A DNA stretch of 64,000 bases, taken from Mustelus asterias. Its lineage: Eukaryota. The notes beneath the pieces are model-generated. The model was not told the DNA's origin. It did no database searches and saw only the letters and a list, made by a program, of their open reading frames with translations. The translations under genes were made by a program, and so were the position numbers. Positions 61,568-64,000 of the stretch are shown here, piece after piece. The stretch spans positions 52,638,001 through 52,702,000 of the forward strand of contig NC_135824.1 of NCBI RefSeq assembly GCF_964213995.1, written 5' to 3'. Each line of letters opens with the position of its first letter. Position 1 is the stretch's first letter.

Positions 61568-62950
61568 GGGCAACACGGTGGCACTGTTGCTTCACTGCGC
61601 CAGGGATCCAGGTTCGATTCCCGGCTTGGGTCACTGTCTATGTGGAGTTTATACATTCTCCCTCTATCTGCGTGGGTTTCCTCCGGGTACTTCGGTTTCC
61701 TCCCACATTCCATTGTTGATGGAAGGGAGTCCCTGATTATTTTGCGTATGGAAAGTTGTTTCAAATGGTGTTCCACAGGACTCAGTATTGGGGCCCTCCC
61801 AGCTTGTGATGTATAGTAATGATTTGGACGTGAGTGTGGAAGGCTCGATTGGGGAATTTGCAGTTGACACAAATATTGGCTGAGTCGTGAATAGTGCAGA
61901 GGATAGCCGCAATCTCGAAAACGACAAAGATGATTTGGTGGAGTGGGCAGCAGATGGACTTTAACATAGAGAAGTGAGGTGGCACGGTGGCACAGTGGTT
62001 AGTAACCCAGGTTCAATTCTAGCCTTGGCTGGCTGTCTGCGTGAAGTTGGCACGTTTCCTAGTGTCTGTGTGGGTTTCCCCTGGGTGCTCCAGTTTTCTC
62101 CCACAGTCCAAAGATGTGCAGGTTAGGTGGACTGGCCATGATAAATTGCCCGATAGTGCCCCAAGTTGTGTAGGTCAGATTAATTAGCTGTAGGAAATGT
62201 ATGGCATTACGGGGGAATAGAGAGGGAGAGGGCCTGTGTACCCTGTCAGAGAGAGAGAGTCGGAGCAAGCACGATGGGCCGAATGGATTCTTCTGAACTG
62301 CAGAGAATCTATGATTCTCAGTGTGTGGTAATGCATTTAGGGAGCACAAACAGTTATAGAGAACAAACAATAAATGGGATTATACTAAGAGGGGTAGATG
62401 AAGTGAAAGAATTTAGTGTACAAATACATAGGTCCTTAAAGGCTGCAGTTGAAGACAAGATTGTAAAGAAGGCATGTGGAATGCTCTCCTTCACTGGCAG
62501 AGGTTAGAATATAAAAATAACGTTATAAATGTAGAAACTGTATAAAACACTGGTGAGGTCACAATTGGAGTTTTGCCCGCAGTTCTGGTCACCACATTAC
62601 AGGAAGGACGTCATTGCCCTGGAGAGTGCAGAGTAGGTTTACAACACTGTTGCCAAGGCTAGCAAAGTGCAGCTATGAGGAGAAATTGGATAGGTTGAGG
62701 TTATTTCCCTTGGAATAAAGAAGGCTGATGAGTCACTTCATCGAGGTGTACAAAGTTATGAGGGGAAGAACTAGAGTGGATAGTACAAAACCGTTTCCCT
62801 TAGCAGAGAAAATAGAATCAGGGGACATGGATTCAAGATAAGTGGCAGAATGTTCAGCTGGGACATGAGGAAGAACTTTTTCATGCAGATGCGAGTGGGT
62901 TTCTGGAATTTGCTGCCCGAATTGGTGGTGGAGACAAAGCCCCTAAAACA
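61568..62950 (+). mobile_element. Nested SINE fragments (61568-61707, 61980-62317) and a degenerate CR1 LINE
   Basis: SINE Pol III boxes interrupt CR1 ORF2 motifs (GVPQ.SVLGP; LYKTLVR.QLE). Confidence 0.75.
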
Positions 62951-62966
62951 CTATTTAAAAGGCCAT

Positions 62967-63661
62967 GATGTGGAGATGCCGGTGTTGGACTGGGGTGGGC
63001 TCAGTAAGAAGTCTCACAACACCAGGTTAAAGTCCAACACCTTTATTTGGAATCACGAGCTTTCGGAGCACTGCTCCTTCATCAGGTGAGTACTGGACGA
63101 CGAGTACCCTTCGTCATCCAATACTTCCCCGGAGTGAGGAAACTACGAAATCTTTTTCGGAGCCTTCAACATGTCATCGATGAAGATGAACATTTTGCCA
63201 AGGCCATCTCCACACCCCCACTACTTGCCTTCAAACAATCGCACAACCTCAAAAAGACCATTGTTCACAGCAAACTACCCAGCCTTCAGGTGGACAGCGA
63301 CCAGGACACCACACAACCCTACTATGGAAACCTCTGCAAGACATGCCGGAGAGTCGACATCACACGTGAGAACATCACTCACCAGGTACACGGTACATGC
63401 TCATGTGACTCGGCCAACGTTGTCTACCTCATACGCTACAGGAAAGGATGTCCCAAGGTGTGGTACATCCGCGAGACCATGCAGACTCTACGACAACAGA
63501 TGAGCGGACACCACGTGACTATCGCCAGGCAGAAACTGAAAGCCAAGTTCTGCACGCATGAGGATGGCCTCAACCGGGATCTTGGATTCATGTCACACTA
63601 CATGTAACCCCCACCATTTGGCCTCGGTTGCAAAATCCTACAAACTGTCTTGGCTTGAGAC
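62967..63661 (+). mobile_element. Penelope-like element 3' fragment with inverted 5' pseudo-LTR
   Basis: GIY-YIG-like NVVYLIRY...WYIRET and THEDGLNRD motifs. 62967-63091 is an inverted 3' end of the same family as 55897. Confidence 0.85.
63053..63089 (-). ncRNA. Minimal hammerhead ribozyme motif
   Basis: tcac-CTGATGA-a-ggagc agt gctcc-GAAA-g-CTC-gtga. Confidence 0.7.
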
Positions 63662-64000
63662 TGTTACTGTTCTTTAAAAAAATGCCTGGACCTGCACCTT
63701 AAGTGCTGTAAGTTGCACGGCATGGGCCCAGTATGGGAAGGTATGATTTGAAAGGGCAGTTGGGTGTCCTAGGGCTGGCATGGACAAGATGGGTCGAATG
63801 GCCTCCTTCTGTACTGCAACTTTCCTTCGGTTCTGCTACCACTGCCCTTTATACTGGGTGCATACTGACAGAATTTCTGATGGCCAACATCTAATTTTAC
63901 GGGTAAACCCCTACCAGAGAAAGAAGTTTTCTCCCTATATACCATATCAAAATGTTCAATCATCTTTAACACTTCGATTTCATCACTCCTAAGTCTTCTA

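Noticed and set aside
5247-62317. tRNA-like heads of the many SINE copies
   Set aside because: They continue into SINE bodies and CR1-like tails, so they are not tRNA genes.
59100-64000. Expected inverted TRBV or EPHB6-like exons 3' of C
   Set aside because: None recognisable; the region is SINE, CR1, Penelope and N runs. They may lie beyond the window.

Overview
Vertebrate genomic DNA, very probably from a cartilaginous fish (shark-type tRNA-derived SINEs, CR1, Rex1 and Penelope repeats). The window holds the 3' part of a T-cell receptor beta (TRB) locus in germline configuration. Six V segments lie at 4-21 kb: three on the minus strand (one a pseudogene) and three on the plus strand. Five of them belong to a CAW(S)-ending family that resembles mammalian TRBV30/Trbv31. 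One D segment (32261-32273) has 12/23 RSSs. Eight intact J segments follow (32.7-37.0 kb), then two degenerate or orphan J-like segments in the J-C intron, and one four-exon C gene (47862-54169). The left edge is the 3' end of an endogenous retrovirus: an open env with paramyxovirus-F-like (lokiretrovirus-type) architecture, a polypurine tract and a 3' LTR. Downstream of C are a ~940-bp Penelope-derived palindrome with minimal hammerhead ribozyme motifs on both strands and a RUNX/ETS/E-box cluster that is a candidate E-beta enhancer. Most entries in the ORF track are spurious. All calls were made by eye; similarities to named genes are from recall, not database searches.
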